From: Eledone cirrhosa
Lineage: Eukaryota
DNA length: 64,000 nt
Assembly: GCA_964016885.1 (NCBI GenBank)
Contig: OZ024744.1
Location: forward strand, 38,192,001 to 38,256,000
Reading direction: 5' to 3'
The position numbers were made by a program, and so were the translations under genes. The notes beneath the pieces were generated by a model. The model saw only the letters and a list, made by a program, of their open reading frames with translations, was not told the DNA's origin and ran no database searches. Of the stretch, positions 43,662 through 57,903 are shown piece after piece; the stretch's first letter is position 1; the number at the start of each line of letters is the position of its first letter.

Positions 43662-46600
43662 ATGCGCGTATGTGTGTATGCGTGTGTGTGTGTATGTGTG
43701 CGCGCGCGTGTGTGTGCGCGTGTGTCTGTGTTTATGTGTATGGCCTTCGAGGTGACATAGCGTTGTCGTGCCAGATATTCCAATAATTACAATCTCTATA
43801 GAAGCATTTGGTTCTAGCTACATTGAAAATAATGGTTGAGCCTCGTATTAGTCTCCATCGACTAATAGGAGGCTCAACCATTATTTTCTGTATGGAGTAT
43901 AAAGCCGAAATAATTTTAGAACAATGTCACAAATACTTCTACGTGTTAACGAATGAGTTCCTATGTGGTCATTCAACTTGTCAGGAATATCAACCAAATC
44001 TCTTTAAATTACAACTCACCATCTCAAGAAAAGGAGGGACATATTATGTAAAGTAGTTCTAAATACACTCTGTCAATGAAAACATGCGAAATCACTGCTA
44101 ATGTGGCTGCTTTATCATGACCTAAACAACCACAACAACCACTGCCACCACCATCACCACCATGAACCACAACAACAACAATTTCGACGACTTCTGTTCT
44201 GTGTCTTAGTGAACAGAAATACGAAAAATCAAGTTTGCTTCATGATAGACCCATATCAAAATACCTGCAGTGCATTTCAACATCGTTGATTGTCCATTAT
44301 CTGGAGATCTAAACTCTGTCGTCTGCTTGATGTAACAAATGTGAGTCACAGATCATAAAATGTTTCTATGTCACAAAACATTCAAAGTGAATATCAAAAT
44401 ATTAATTCATCCACAACATATTAATTGAAATATTTCAACCGCTTATTAACTTCTTTCCCCTTTCACTAATAAATGTCTTCTCTCATTGACAGTTAAAAAT
44501 GAACACTAATTAGATAATATTTTTTTTAAAACTACAACTGCTCTTCAACTCTTCTGCTAGTCTTTTAATTCTCATGCTGCTTTCACTACAAAGATTAATT
44601 ATGAGTATCCTCTTCAATTCATTAGCGCTTAAACAGTTTAAACCATGCGTAAATCGCCTAAACAAAAAATAGTCACATCGCTGCCTTTAACTAAAACTAT
44701 ATAAACAACGCTTAACTCAACTAAATATGCCAGTGTTAATTTAATCTATTGTTATATCTTCCATTGGGAACTTATCTCCTTAATAAAGGAGAGATTGTGA
44801 CATGGCTGCCTTATTTTACAAAATTGAAATGTTGCCTCAGAGGTGAAACCTGAAGCATTTTTTTGTGGCCCACTTTCTTTGTAAAACAGAATTTTGCTTC
44901 AACCCAATGTAACGGGGGAAATTTGCTCTGCCTTTATTAATATATAACATAAGGTGTAGTGGAGGAGGATACTACACTTTAAAGAAAACTAAAAATAGAT
45001 GGAAGGAGGGCGTAACTTGTTGGTGTCTCATTCTTCTGAATTTACTTCGTATCAATATCGATCCTGACTGCATATTTCCAGAATCGACAGTAACGTTATG
45101 TTATAAGGAAACATTTCAAACGTTCACCTCCCGTCTATTCTATGGAACTAAAAACAATGATATTAATATGATCGTGCATTTGGCCTTGTGCCTATGCTAG
45201 AAATCGATATTATCGATCATGTAAAGTTGAGATGGTTGACAGAGACGAGCGCTTGACTAAATCCCTCGTAATATTAAATGTTTTCCTTCTGTTTTACGTT
45301 CAAATAAACTAGCCAATATGAGAGCCTTTACCTCGTCGCTTGGGTTGCTGGAAATAGAAGCTAAATTTCTCTCGAATATAAACCTGAATGTGTGATTGTG
45401 TTAATAGATCTACACAAGTAAAATGTGCCATATTGTATAACATCACTTGAGATAAAGTAATTCAGTCTCAACTATGTCTGAAAAGACGATATAATCATGG
45501 CTAGAGTCTTTTGATCACAGGTCTACTTAGTCGGCGCCGACCTTCGACTAACCACCGCCCCCACCACCATCCACAACAACAACAGCAGCAGCATCAACAT
45601 GTTTAAATCCTGCCAGAGATATTTTTACCCAGATCTTTCATTATCAGTTATTCATAATATAAACGCCAGAAACATATTAGTATCTATACAATTCACTATA
45701 ATGTGTTTCCTTATAATATGTACCTCTTACCGAACAACAAGACCAATAATATTGATTTTTCAACGGAACATAGACAGAAATGGTCAAAACAGTTCATGCT
45801 TTTACTGTACATTATGTGGTAGTTCAATGCTCATTGTATTATAATTCAGTAAATGTCGATGTTGTCGATTATAGTTTCAGGAATCGATAAATAAGTTTCA
45901 GTTTGGAGGCAATATTAATCGATTATAGTTCTCTCCTATAAAATATTGGATTTGTTCCTATCAATAACAAAGAAATCAATAATGTGAACCGGATTTTAAA
46001 ATAAAACTAATTCCGTGATTGATTAACATTATCAGATAATTTCACCTGCTATTTAACCAAACGAAAGAGTTCAGTTTTTATTTGTTCGTATTTCTGTCCT
46101 CATTATAGCCACTTCATTGCCATTTTTTTATAAATCTAAGGTTTATTAGGCCAATCCTATAGCTTAGGCACATGAAAATCATATAAGTTAGGAAATATCA
46201 ATCAATATTTCTAGAAGAATCGAAGTCTCCTCTGAATATAAGTCTACTGCAAATTCTCCGAAATTTCGAATAAGCTATAAAATTATACAAATGCATATCT
46301 ATATGTTATCAGGTGGTGCTATTAAGTTAGACATGGCCTGGGCCTATGCTGGCGGAAACATATCTAAGTTATAAGCACACTCATAGATTCATGCTTGTAT
46401 AAAAGAGCAAACATATATTATATGGTTAACAAGTGGCACTTGCTTCTGCAAAAATATATTATTTGGTAAAGTGTAAACGTCTTTATATTCGTATTACATA
46501 GGGAGAGGTGCTGACATTTATGACAAAGTCCTTCGAAATATAGAAGAAAATGTCTATTTGATCTGATGTGTACGAGAGAGGACACAGCAAAAGCTATTTT

Positions 46601-46942
46601 CCCACCCCAAAGCAAAGTTTTGTCTAAAGCGTAGGAAATTCTTCTCACATAGGCATAGGAGCAGAGGAAGCATCAAACTTTACATATACGACTGTGCATC
46701 TAACTACAAACACACACACAGACAGATATTTGCATATAGATACATATCTATATACATATACACACACGTATACACACACATACACACACACACGCACACG
46801 CCCACACACACACATACACACAGACACACACAGACACACATAAAAACAAAGCAAACTGCACAGTACAATAGAGAAATATATTATTTTTATGCTTGATATA
46901 GTAGGAAAAGAGTACTAATGTTTCGCTAGTATATATATATGT

Positions 46943-46996
<54 letters not shown>

Positions 46997-47020
46997 CCTT
47001 TGCTTAAATTTTAATCTGTT

Positions 47021-47021
47021 A

Positions 47022-47108
<87 letters not shown>

Positions 47109-47134
47109 CATACTACTACTACTACTGCTACTAG

Positions 47135-47223
<89 letters not shown>

Positions 47224-47240
47224 ATAATAATAATAATAAT
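47021..47240. repeat. (TAC)n microsatellite ~200 bp followed by (TAA)n
   Basis: Directly visible. Confidence 0.97.
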
Positions 47241-47444
47241 AATATATATATATATATACATATATATGTAATTATTATATAATATAATATTGCTAACACG
47301 TGTTGTACCTCAGATACGAGATTTCAGATTTAAGAGTGATATACACACACATATATGTATGTATATACATCTATGCTCACATATATGTATATGTATATAT
47401 ATATATATACACACATATATGTATGTATATACATCTATGCTCAC

Positions 47445-47495
<51 letters not shown>

Positions 47496-47499
<4 letters not shown>

Positions 47500-47912
47500 T
47501 AAAAGGAAAAGAAAATGCTGACAAATTTTTCCCAGTGAAAAATAGTTTAATTAGGAATAAGTATAAATTAGTAATAAGTATTGGTTAGTATTCAGTTTTA
47601 GTTTTAAGTTTTTACCGGTTGCGCATTTCTAATGCTTTTCAAAAATAATTTTGAGATAGAGAGCTCGTGATGTTTGTTCTAATCTGATTAGAGCAAACAT
47701 CACGAGCGCTCTATCTCAAAATTATTTTTGAAAAGCATTAGAAATGCGCAACCGGTAAAAACTTAAAACTAAAACTGAATACTAACCAATACTTATTACT
47801 AATTTATACTTATTCCTAATTAAACTATTCTTCACTGGGAAAAATTTGTCAGCATTTTCTTTTCCTTTTACTAATATATCACAACTCGTGTGTTACACCT
47901 CTATTTTTTTTA
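47496..47912. mobile_element. Family B near-perfect ~380-bp palindrome with ~38-nt tail
   Basis: Arms 47496-47684 and 47686-47874 with a 1-nt centre; TA repeats on both sides. Confidence 0.9.
47725..47760 (+). ncRNA. Variant hammerhead-like motif (U3:A8, A13C)
   Basis: TTT-TTGAAAA-GCATT aga AATGC-GCAA-CCGG-TA-AAA; same core at 18455-18490 (-); stem I only ~3 A-U pairs. Confidence 0.5.
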
Positions 47913-47936
47913 AATGTATATATATATACATACACA

Positions 47937-48025
<89 letters not shown>

Positions 48026-48199
48026 GTTTGTTCGTTCTGTTTATGAAAATAAGCCATGTTATGGCTAGTGGGATTTTTTTTAAAGCAATAAAAGTAACCG
48101 GATGAAAGGCATATTTCTTGGTAGTTAGAGTATTCCTCCCGCATTCCCATTGTCAGCCCTGCCATCTCTAAAATCCCAAACACGGGGAGTACCATAAAA

Positions 48200-48340
48200 A
48201 TAAGTGGCCAAAAATGGGGAGATTTTATATAATGAAAGCTATAGCCACACTCAGCCCCCCCCCCCCCCCATAAATTGGGTGGGAGATATTCCCGTCGGGC
48301 GGAGTAATTTGACAAGCCTACATCGTATCCTTGACCTGTC
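48200..48340. repeat. Unclassified dispersed repeat (second copy ~50865-50990)
   Basis: Shared AAAATGGGGAGATTTTAxATAATGAAA...GGAGATATTCCCGTCGG...TTGACA. Confidence 0.65.
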
Positions 48341-49365
48341 ATAGTCTACTCAGATAGATGAGATAACTTACGATGACTTGCGATGTCACTAATGCCAAGC
48401 CTTATCGGCCTTTTACTTCCCCTTGAACAACATCGATAACGTTGAGTTAGTAGACTTGTATGTCTGACTCTTTGGCTGCTTTTCCACAAAATGTATTGCA
48501 CAGTTTTGCATTTGAATGAGGAACTTTCTGCGTACGAACTCATGGTTAGTATTATATAACTAACATGAGGAGGAAATCGGCCTTCATTTTTAAGCCGAGA
48601 ATATTTCAAGAATAACTGCGTGTATGTTAATGAGTGCATGCGCGTTGGTGTGCGTAGCTACGTGCTTACAAATCATTCGTTCAGGTCTTAAACTCCATTG
48701 ATCTGTCTTCCAATAACCACTTTTTTAGCTGCTCTTCGTAGCTTTCAATTTTTATATAATTCTAGTAAGAACTGAAACTATGAAAAAAAGTAAAAGATAA
48801 TTGCCGATTCCCTGTTGAAATTGTCCGATTTTATAAACAAACAAAAAGGGTGCTGTCTGGAAATATATTCGTTTGATTTTCTTTTTTTTACATATTTCTG
48901 TCGAGTACACTGCCTCGGTGCTCCAATAATGACATCAGAAGAAACAATTAAACACCGATAATAAGATCGAAACATGTCCCGATCAACAATACCAGAATCC
49001 GTACCTCTCTGATGGGGTAAACATTTCATGGGTTACACCGCACTTCGGTGTTAAAAGAACCCCAGTGGAATTTATTAAAAACGTTGTTTTAGCCCATTTA
49101 AACTATTGTGTGTTAAATCATTCACTGTCTGCCTATCTCAATAAATATTTTTTTTCTGGGCCTATATATCGACCAAATTATAACGTCGGTGACGGAAACA
49201 CGTAATATGGCAATGGTGTCTGCTGTGAAGGAAATAACGCCAAGATTTCTCACGAATGAAAAAGTTCTAGTCCTGTAGAAACTCTTCTATATTAAAACTT
49301 TATACTCTGCTATGTATTGAGTACCTTACTTACTGTAGTTACCTCCGATTCAACCCGGAATAACT

Positions 49366-49397
<32 letters not shown>

Positions 49398-49459
49398 GTA
49401 TCAATAACAGCACCAACAAGAATATAACAGCAATGAAAATAATGTCTGCGATATGTACA

Positions 49460-49790
49460 TATGACTAAGTAGTTAAGAAGTTCACATCGCAATTATGAAG
49501 TCCTAAGGTCGATCCCACTGCGTAGCATATTAGGTGAGTGACTTTATATGATATTCTCGTGTCAACCAAAACCTTATGAGCAGAACTGGATTGATTGAGA
49601 CTGCGTGGAATCTAGTCGGGTGGATTATATTTGTAATTCAAAGGTCAAACCTATGGTGTTAAATTAATTCTGTCTGATATTAAATTAACGATACATCTGA
49701 TTTTGGAGTACTCAGCCACTTACACGTTAACTCAGGAGTCGGAAATTCAGTTGTGAATGCTTATCGTCGAAATCGATGGAGTAGCCATCA
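49460..49790 (+). mobile_element. Old tRNA-SINE with 3' body related to 54058-54379
   Basis: Degenerate A/B boxes; GGAGTACTCAGCCACTTACACGTTAA matches that family. Confidence 0.6.
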
Positions 49791-51149
49791 TATATAATAT
49801 TCCTGCATGAAAATTAAAAAAAAAAAATAAATAAATAAAATAAAAAAAGTATAAAGACAATAGCAAGAAGGAGATAAACAACAACAACAATGCAAGAAGA
49901 ATTTGCATTGTTAATCAGGATAAAGAAGTACTTAAAAAAAAAATTTCTACCACAAGGGACTACATATACTTCTTTCAAGCGGAATTCAAGAGAAGCAAGC
50001 TTTTCTCAATTAAAGAACTTCATGGGCCAAACTGTGTGATGAGAGGAGAAATGCTATCAAATGACAGCATAACTCTTTCGTAATGTTATTATACTTTAAA
50101 CTCACAACTTTTGTTCTTAGAAATGTAACGATGTAAATAATACACACAGAAAAGAAAAAAAAAACATGATCCTTTTATTCGTGTGTGTAGGCGAGAATCT
50201 AAGTTGTAGTACCTGGATAATTTCAATGGGTGAATTTACTCATTTGTCTCCTCTAATGGTTTTCTCTCATCCTTGTAAAAAACATATCACATTTTTATCA
50301 ATATCAAAACACTTGCAGCATTTCTGATGAGAATATTTTGCGAACTGGATCAAAGAATTCAGCTCCTTGTTAAATTAGGAGTAGTAAAAATCAATTATCA
50401 AGTATCTATAGATGAGATTTTTTTTCTTTTATATTTAGTTACTGATGCTTGACCTTATTTTTCTAGCAGCGCCGCAGCGGTTAATAGACAACAGGTTTAT
50501 TTCTTTTTTATATATGTGTGTTAAGTGGATCAATACACTAACAAGCCAGAGTAGGGTCGTAACGTTATCGGCTACCAGATTGAGCACCTCATCCAGCCCT
50601 ACGGTGCATTTAATGAACATACAAACCAGTTTTGCTGTCTGAAGATAAATCACAGGATCTGTTTTCTTGGTATATCCTCCATCTCCAAGAAGTTTTCAGA
50701 CAAAGAAAAAAAAATATGAGAACTGCCCTTCTTCTGAGTTAGTCATGAAAAACTATTAAGGTAGTGAATGGTGAATTAATGTTTTTTTTTTTTTGTTTTG
50801 TTTTTTGCGGGGTTTTAGCAAACATCACAACTGTCAACTTCTAAAAGCCCATGAAAAAAGGAATGAGGCAAAATGGGGAGATTTTACATAATGAAATCAA
50901 TATCCATTTTCCCAAGAGAAGACATCTGTCAACCACCCTATAGTGAGTAGGAGATATTCCCGTCGGACAGGAAGTGTTGACAGGTCTGATATATTTATCT
51001 AAGTACGTTTTATCACACAAATCTCATTCACCTTAAATAATTCGTATATTATGTCATCAATTTCAAAATTTTTTCAGATATTTCAAAACACAGAAATTTT
51101 CTCGTCTAATTCATTTCTATGAGTATTTTGCGCCTCCGGAATTATCATT

Positions 51150-51333
51150 TGGCAGTATTGGTAGAGGGTCTGACGCCATGCTTTGCAGCAAAGAGTTACG
51201 GCCCTTTATAGTCTGAGTTCAAATCCCGCCAAGGTTAACTTTACTTTTCATCTTTACAGGGTCGATAAAATAAAGTACCAGTAATACACTGGTTAATTAC
51301 TGGCCTTGTGCCAAAAGTAGAAACAATTATTAT
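51150..51333 (+). mobile_element. SINE family 1
   Basis: Near full-length match to the 9989 copy. Confidence 0.88.
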
Positions 51334-51454
51334 CGTATATTTAGTTAATATCCAGCAATATTTTAATTACAACAGACTGATCTGAGTACTTTAGATGGAT
51401 TATTTAGATATCATCATCCTCATCATCATCATCATCATCACATCATCATCATCA

Positions 51455-51491
<37 letters not shown>

Positions 51492-51498
51492 CATTATA

Positions 51499-51687
51499 GG
51501 CAGTATCGATAGAGGGTCTGACGTCATGCTTTGCAGCATAGAGTTGCGGCCCTTTATGATCTGAGCTCAAACCCCGCCAAGGTTAACTTTGCCTTTCATC
51601 TTTATGGGGTCGATAAAATAAAGTACCAGTAATGCACTGGGTAATCGCTGGCCTTGTGCCAAAAGTAGAAACAATTATTATTATTAT
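51499..51687 (+). mobile_element. SINE family 1 following (CAT)n(TAT)n
   Basis: Near full-length match; (TTA)n tail. Confidence 0.88.
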
Positions 51688-53332
51688 GTGTTTTCTTTTA
51701 CAAGTGGACAATTATTTGCGTCGTTTTCTCTAGATTTTAATGCTAGTGAGAAAAACTTTTAGCAACATTTTTAGAAATAATAACAGCCCTTAGGCCCATT
51801 CCATGCATTCCACCGCCATGTGAGAATGTCAATGGAAGAATATTTGTCGACATCATCGCTGGGAACAGGCAGTTTTTATAAATAGTTAAGGTGACAGTTA
51901 AGGTGACAAAAGCGTGTATTTCTTTGCCTGAGGAATTAATACAAAACCGGGCAAGGAGAAAAGACACATGCTTCTACCTCACAGTCTCCAAAGTTCAAAA
52001 AGCGGAGGCTCCCATCCCCAGTCGTACCATCACATTATTGCAAAAAATAAACACTGGTGACTTGTGGAAGACCATTTTGAAGGATAGGCAAGGGAAGAAG
52101 AGATTAAAGCCGTCTTGGTAGTTCATCCCTACAGGTAAATTAGGCTTCGGTCGAATAGGTCGACTATATAACTACGTTTCTTTTTTTCTGAAGTTAAACG
52201 GCAGAGTGGGGTGTGCAGTGTCAGTGCTCGTGATTTTTTCAGGCCATCGCAGAGAGGTAAGATTCGTATAGCTCATGCCCTGCCTGACTCTTACATTTGA
52301 AGTTGATTTAATTTTCCTATAAAGCATCCTAGATATAACTGGAATTATAATAGAATACTAAGAAAAATCGTTGAGTATGAGTTCAAATCTCGCTGGTCTC
52401 ATTTTTATCTTTCATCCTTCTTGAGTTTGATAAAATAATGTTCCGGACAAGTAATGGCGTCGTATAGGAGTCTTATAAAATATCTTAGATCATCGAGCAA
52501 ATTAATTAGTGTGGTATTGTATTCTTTTTTAAATTTGTTGTACTATGTTTAAAATCCCTCCGAGCTCAATAACGCCTTTTATCCTTGGAGAGTTCAATAA
52601 AATAAACTACCAATCAAGTACTTGCAGTGTTTTTAATAATTCTACGTATAAAACATCTTAGATGTGAATGTATTTATAAGAGAAGACGAAAAACAAAATA
52701 AGAGATAGAAAATTAGGTTAGGCTAAATACCATCGACATGTCGGGAAACATTAAGATCGATTTTTATTTTGTTATCGGTACTGTTGTTGTTGTTGCTGCT
52801 GCTGCCTGTACTGTTGTTGCTGTTGTTGTTATTGTTGCTGCTGACGGATTATCTTGGTGTTGTTGTTGTTGCTGCTGCTGCTGTCTGTACTGTTGTTGTT
52901 GTTGTTGCTTTTGTCGTTGTTTTAAACTCAAATTAAAATCTAAAAAAAAAAAAAGTAACAATAATGATGATAAAGCAAAACAAATTTGTAGCAAGTTTGA
53001 TTCTAAGTGGAAAGGAGAGACAAATAGTCTAACAAGTGAGTCTGATAGCAACTAAGTAGAGTTATTGAAACGAATGAAATTAACACAAATTAGCCCGATT
53101 GTATATAATGTCTCTTAGTTGTAGCCATATTGAAGAATAAAATAACCAGACATTTTTTGTGTCTGTATGTGTGTATGTATGTGTGTGTGTGCTTCTGTAT
53201 ATTTTTTGTAATTGTAGTGTATATTTTTGTAATTGTGCATGTGTGAGAGAGAGTGAGAGGGAGAGACAACAGTAGTTAAGCAGAGTGTGAAAGAGAGAGA
53301 GAGAGACAGAAAAGAGAGAGAGAGACAGACAG

Positions 53333-53407
<75 letters not shown>

Positions 53408-53660
53408 AAGAGAGAAAAGACAGAAATAAAGAGAGAAAGCGTATGTAAGAAAGAGTGCAGAAATATATGATGGGAGAATATTAACATCTCTATTACAAAT
53501 ATGATACATTTAATAAATTTCAATAAACAAGGGAAGTAACATGGCATGCAAATAATTCATGATTCCGATGACACAATGGCGAATGTTTTAGTCCAAGATG
53601 ACGACGAGTGAAAAACGGTAAAAACACCAGTCCAGTTTGTGGGTCTTGCTCTTACGGATA

Positions 53661-53716
<56 letters not shown>

Positions 53717-54057
53717 ACTTCTCTCATCCGCTCTCCCCTCTCTTTCTCCCTACCCCCCCCCCCTTCCCACAGTCTCTCTCTTATTGCTCTCTCTCTCACG
53801 AAATGAGTATGGAGGATCAGATGTTTCTCGTGTTTCTCAATGGATTCGTCAAGAAACTTATCAGAGAGCATCCGATGTTTATCCAGATATTGATTTCCAG
53901 GATTAGCACAAGGCCTTCATTTTGAAAACACTTTATAGTCGATTGTATCCACTATAAAGTAGTACTTAACTGTTGTTCCTATGCCTTTTCTATGCCGGAA
54001 AAGTGAAAGGTAAAGATACCCTCGGCTGGATTTGATTTCAAAACATAAATAAGACAG

Positions 54058-54379
54058 GCACTTTGTCGGTTACGACGTCGAGTGTTCCATTTGATCCGAT
54101 CAACGGAACAGCCTGTTCATAAAATTAACGTGCAGGTGGCTGAGCATTCCACGGATACGTATACCCTTGCTGTAGTTTTCAGGGATATTCAGCGTGATAC
54201 AGAATGTGACAAGGCTGGCTCTGCAAATTACAGGTACAACTCATTTTTGCCAGCTTAGTGGACTGGAGCAACGTGAAATAAAGTATCTTGTTCAAGGACA
54301 CCATGCGCCGCCAGGACTCTTACTGATGACCGTACGGTTGTGAGCCGAATACCCTGACCATAAAGCCACGCGTCATCAC
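54058..54379 (-). mobile_element. Full-length CORE-like tRNA-SINE (octopus-type)
   Basis: Minus: tRNA head, GTGTCCTTGAACAAGATACTTTATTTCACGTTGCTCC, body ending CGTCGTAACCGAC; fragment also at ~55390-55510. Confidence 0.8.
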
Positions 54380-55185
54380 GTAAATGGCAGCAACTGAATT
54401 CCTCACAGCATTTAACTTGACTCTAGTAATTCTGCTAATCCACCGCCCGCGCCATATAAATAATTTTCACATTATCACAACTACACATTCACACATACGA
54501 GTGCTGAAGCAATCACACACACACACACACACACACATACACACACACACATACGTACACCTCACACATACATGCACAACAGGAAACACACATTCGCTCC
54601 GTTTCTCTCTAACTCGCACATACACACACCACACAAACACACAAGGAAACGCACATACACAAACACAAACACAAACACTCACAAGCCCACGTATAAAATC
54701 AAACATGGGGCTACACATATAGATGCCCGCACACAAACACACACACACAAACTTGCATTAACTAACACAAAATAACATGCCAATCTGATGAGCGGGAGCG
54801 GACGTAAACACTGTCATCAAACCTGCTAGAAATGGCAGTCAAATATCCCTCAAATGATATCATATAGTTTCCTTTAGAAAGCCACATTGAGCAACGATAC
54901 AGTTAAGTAAAGACGTATAAGATGTGAATAAAGCGAATACTCGTATTTGGAATGCGCCCAGTCAAAGAGCTGCGCAAACAGGACGGAAGTATGTTTAGAT
55001 ATCCTTGTCATCAACAATTAACATCAAATACAAAGACAAGGAATTGGCAGGGTCTCTAGAGCGTTGGATAGAATGCTTCATTCCAACTTTGTGTTCTGAG
55101 TTCAAATAATTTCACCGGAATCCCATTTTGCTTTCATCCTTCCGGTATCTATATATGAAGTACCATTCAAACGCTTGCATGCATC

Positions 55186-55270
<85 letters not shown>

Positions 55271-55898
55271 TGCACACACACATATATATATATATGTATA
55301 TATATAATATATTATAAAGAGACAGGAGCTGACGGCTGAGTTCTTGCCGTTTAAACAGCTAGCTCCCGACTGAGTCTGAAACTACAAGTTGTTTGATCTG
55401 CTCGTGAAATTAACATGCAAGTGTCTGAACATTTCATAGACCCGTGAGCTCTCAGCATAATTCTCAGGAGGTTCAGCGCAGCGCTATGAATGACAGGGCT
55501 GGGTCTTTCAATTACAATTTTTCTAGCTGAGAGTAGTGTAGAAAAGATGAAAGGAAAATAATAGAAACTTAAAGAAAATTCCCCAATAGTACAGGCCCAT
55601 TGACACGGGGTTATTCTTGAAAAATATTTGGATCAGATACCTGGAAGCCATCTCTGCAATAAATACAGAAATCAGTGCTGACTGGTACTGTCTATGTCTT
55701 GAGAAGGGCTTTATCAATTTAAATACTTCACCAAAACATTTACTGATGTTTGTGCCCTTATAGCATCATTTGTGTGACAATTGATTATAAAATGTGTTCT
55801 ATCAAATTGTGTCTCTGGTATCAGGTTGACACTCAGCATGATTTGGGGAAGGAGCAGAATTCGAAGAAAGTTTCAAATAATAATAATAATAATGATGA

Positions 55899-56265
55899 TT
55901 TCTTTATTAACCACACATGTCTCACATTGAAAAAAAAAAAATTAAATACAGAACAGGACAGTATAATGGGCGTGGGTGTTTTATAAAATAAAAATTTGTA
56001 ACAAAGCATAAAAGATAAACATAAAACAATCAAACAACAAATTCCCTAAAAGCGGGGATACCGCCAAGGGTCACTCGTCGACAAAGCCCACAAAAAGTCA
56101 CTGTCAAATTGCCCGCTAGGGTCAGTGCCCGTTCCCAGTGGTTCTCCTCCATTCTACAGGCATATACACAAGGCAGGCCCATTCACTCTGACCACGCTCG
56201 CCACTTTCAACCATCTTTCAACAAACAAGCTGGAAGGCAGTACTTGCCTCGCCACCCTGATTTTA
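55899..56265 (-). mobile_element. L1/Tx1-like 3' fragment (same family as 34558), not inverted, in (TAA)n
   Basis: Shares GAAAGATGGxTGAAAGTGGCGAG..GTGAATGGGCCT; AATAAAGAAA end; (AAT)nG on both flanks. Confidence 0.7.
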
Positions 56266-56865
56266 ATAATAATAATAATAATGTCTAGACATTGGTCTTC
56301 TGCAGCTAGTATGAAACCTTCAGTTTCGGCTTTAAGTCCTGATGTGTTTGGGTATATAAATAACGATAATCAGCTTTATTAAATAGTTTCAAAAATGTTC
56401 ACAGATCTTTCAATGTCTGCAACAATAAACTAGTTCCCGCTATTCACCCCACAATTACATTTTTTTTTGTATATATAGGAAAGGTGCCGATCGCCATATT
56501 GAACCAAGGAAATAATGTTTTCGTTGGTTTCCCATTTTTAATATTATCAGCCTGCCGCAACTCCTGGGTAGAAGGAGCGACGTGAAATGAAATATCTAGC
56601 AGAAAAACACTACATGCTATCCGGTTTAGGAATCGATCCCACGAACGTATAATTGTAAGTCGACTACCTTATCCACTGTGTCATATATAGGGATATTATG
56701 AGTATATACATTTCTATCACTGTAACTGTCCCAACAAATATACGATATATCATTTCTTTTAATATATCTGTCAATTCAAGTTGCTTGTTTGATTTTACAG
56801 AGAAGTAACTATTTCATTTCACTTTAACTCTTTCATTTTCTCCCCTTCTCTCTCTCTCACACACA

Positions 56866-56974
<109 letters not shown>

Positions 56975-57556
56975 ATGCACATTATATTGTGTCTGCGTGT
57001 GAGTGCGTGTGAACGTGTGAGCGTGTATGTGTGTTGTGTGTGTGTGTGTGTGTGAAAGAAATTGAGGGAATAAGATAAGAAAGTTGATTGTAAAAATTCG
57101 ACAGTAATACCGAGAACTGATAACAAAGATTTACGGACATGAACACGCCATAACCCGTCTATAGCTATCTACAGAATACCATTATGATTTCAACACCTTC
57201 CCATACCAACACTCCATTTCTGTGGTGTGAATAGTGCAATATACAACACGGGAAACAAGAAAATTAAAGAGAATATTAGCAACATTCAGTCTAAACGAAA
57301 AGAAAAGCTGAGGAGCAACACCAGACAAAGGAAAATGGCGCAACAACAGGAAATATTTTGCGTCGATTTATCGGGTTAGGGATAATGAGAATACAGAGAA
57401 GCAGAAAGAGAAAGAGGAAAAATACATATGTTAATGCGAATAGATTCATAAATATACATATATACATATATACGTATATACATATATGCATAGGCAAACG
57501 TATATATGATAAAGAATGGTTTTCCTACCGGAACGGAAATAGACAGTTAAATAAGG

Positions 57557-57612
<56 letters not shown>

Positions 57613-57830
57613 ACACACACACACACACACAACACACATACATATATATATATATATTTAGAGAGAGAGCAATTGGAAAGACCAATGGAAACATTGTTTC
57701 CTCAGTCAGATTTGACGAGCTCTACCCCATTCGTTAAGCGAATAAGGTTTAGGGATCTAGTCGATCGACTATTGATATATAGTAATGATATATATATATA
57801 TACTTATTCAGAATAAGTATATATAATATT

Positions 57831-57903
57831 CATGTATTTTATCTGATGAGGACATACTGAAAATACACCACAGTACCTTCGAAATATATATAATTAAAAC
57901 ATA
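57831..57903 (+). ncRNA. Type I hammerhead, intact core (relative of 33203)
   Basis: ATGtaTTTTAT-CTGATGA-GGAcaTACTG..CAGTAccTTC-GAAA-TATATA-TA-ATtAAAACAT; TA-flanked element. Confidence 0.7.

Noticed and set aside
52241-52262. 14-nt microexon (cag|GCCATCGCAGAGAG|gtaag)
   Set aside because: Not frame-preserving and no supporting neighbouring exons.
50323-54800. Isolated CTGATGA at ~50324, ~54323 and ~54785
   Set aside because: No properly placed GAAA or stems; expected by chance.
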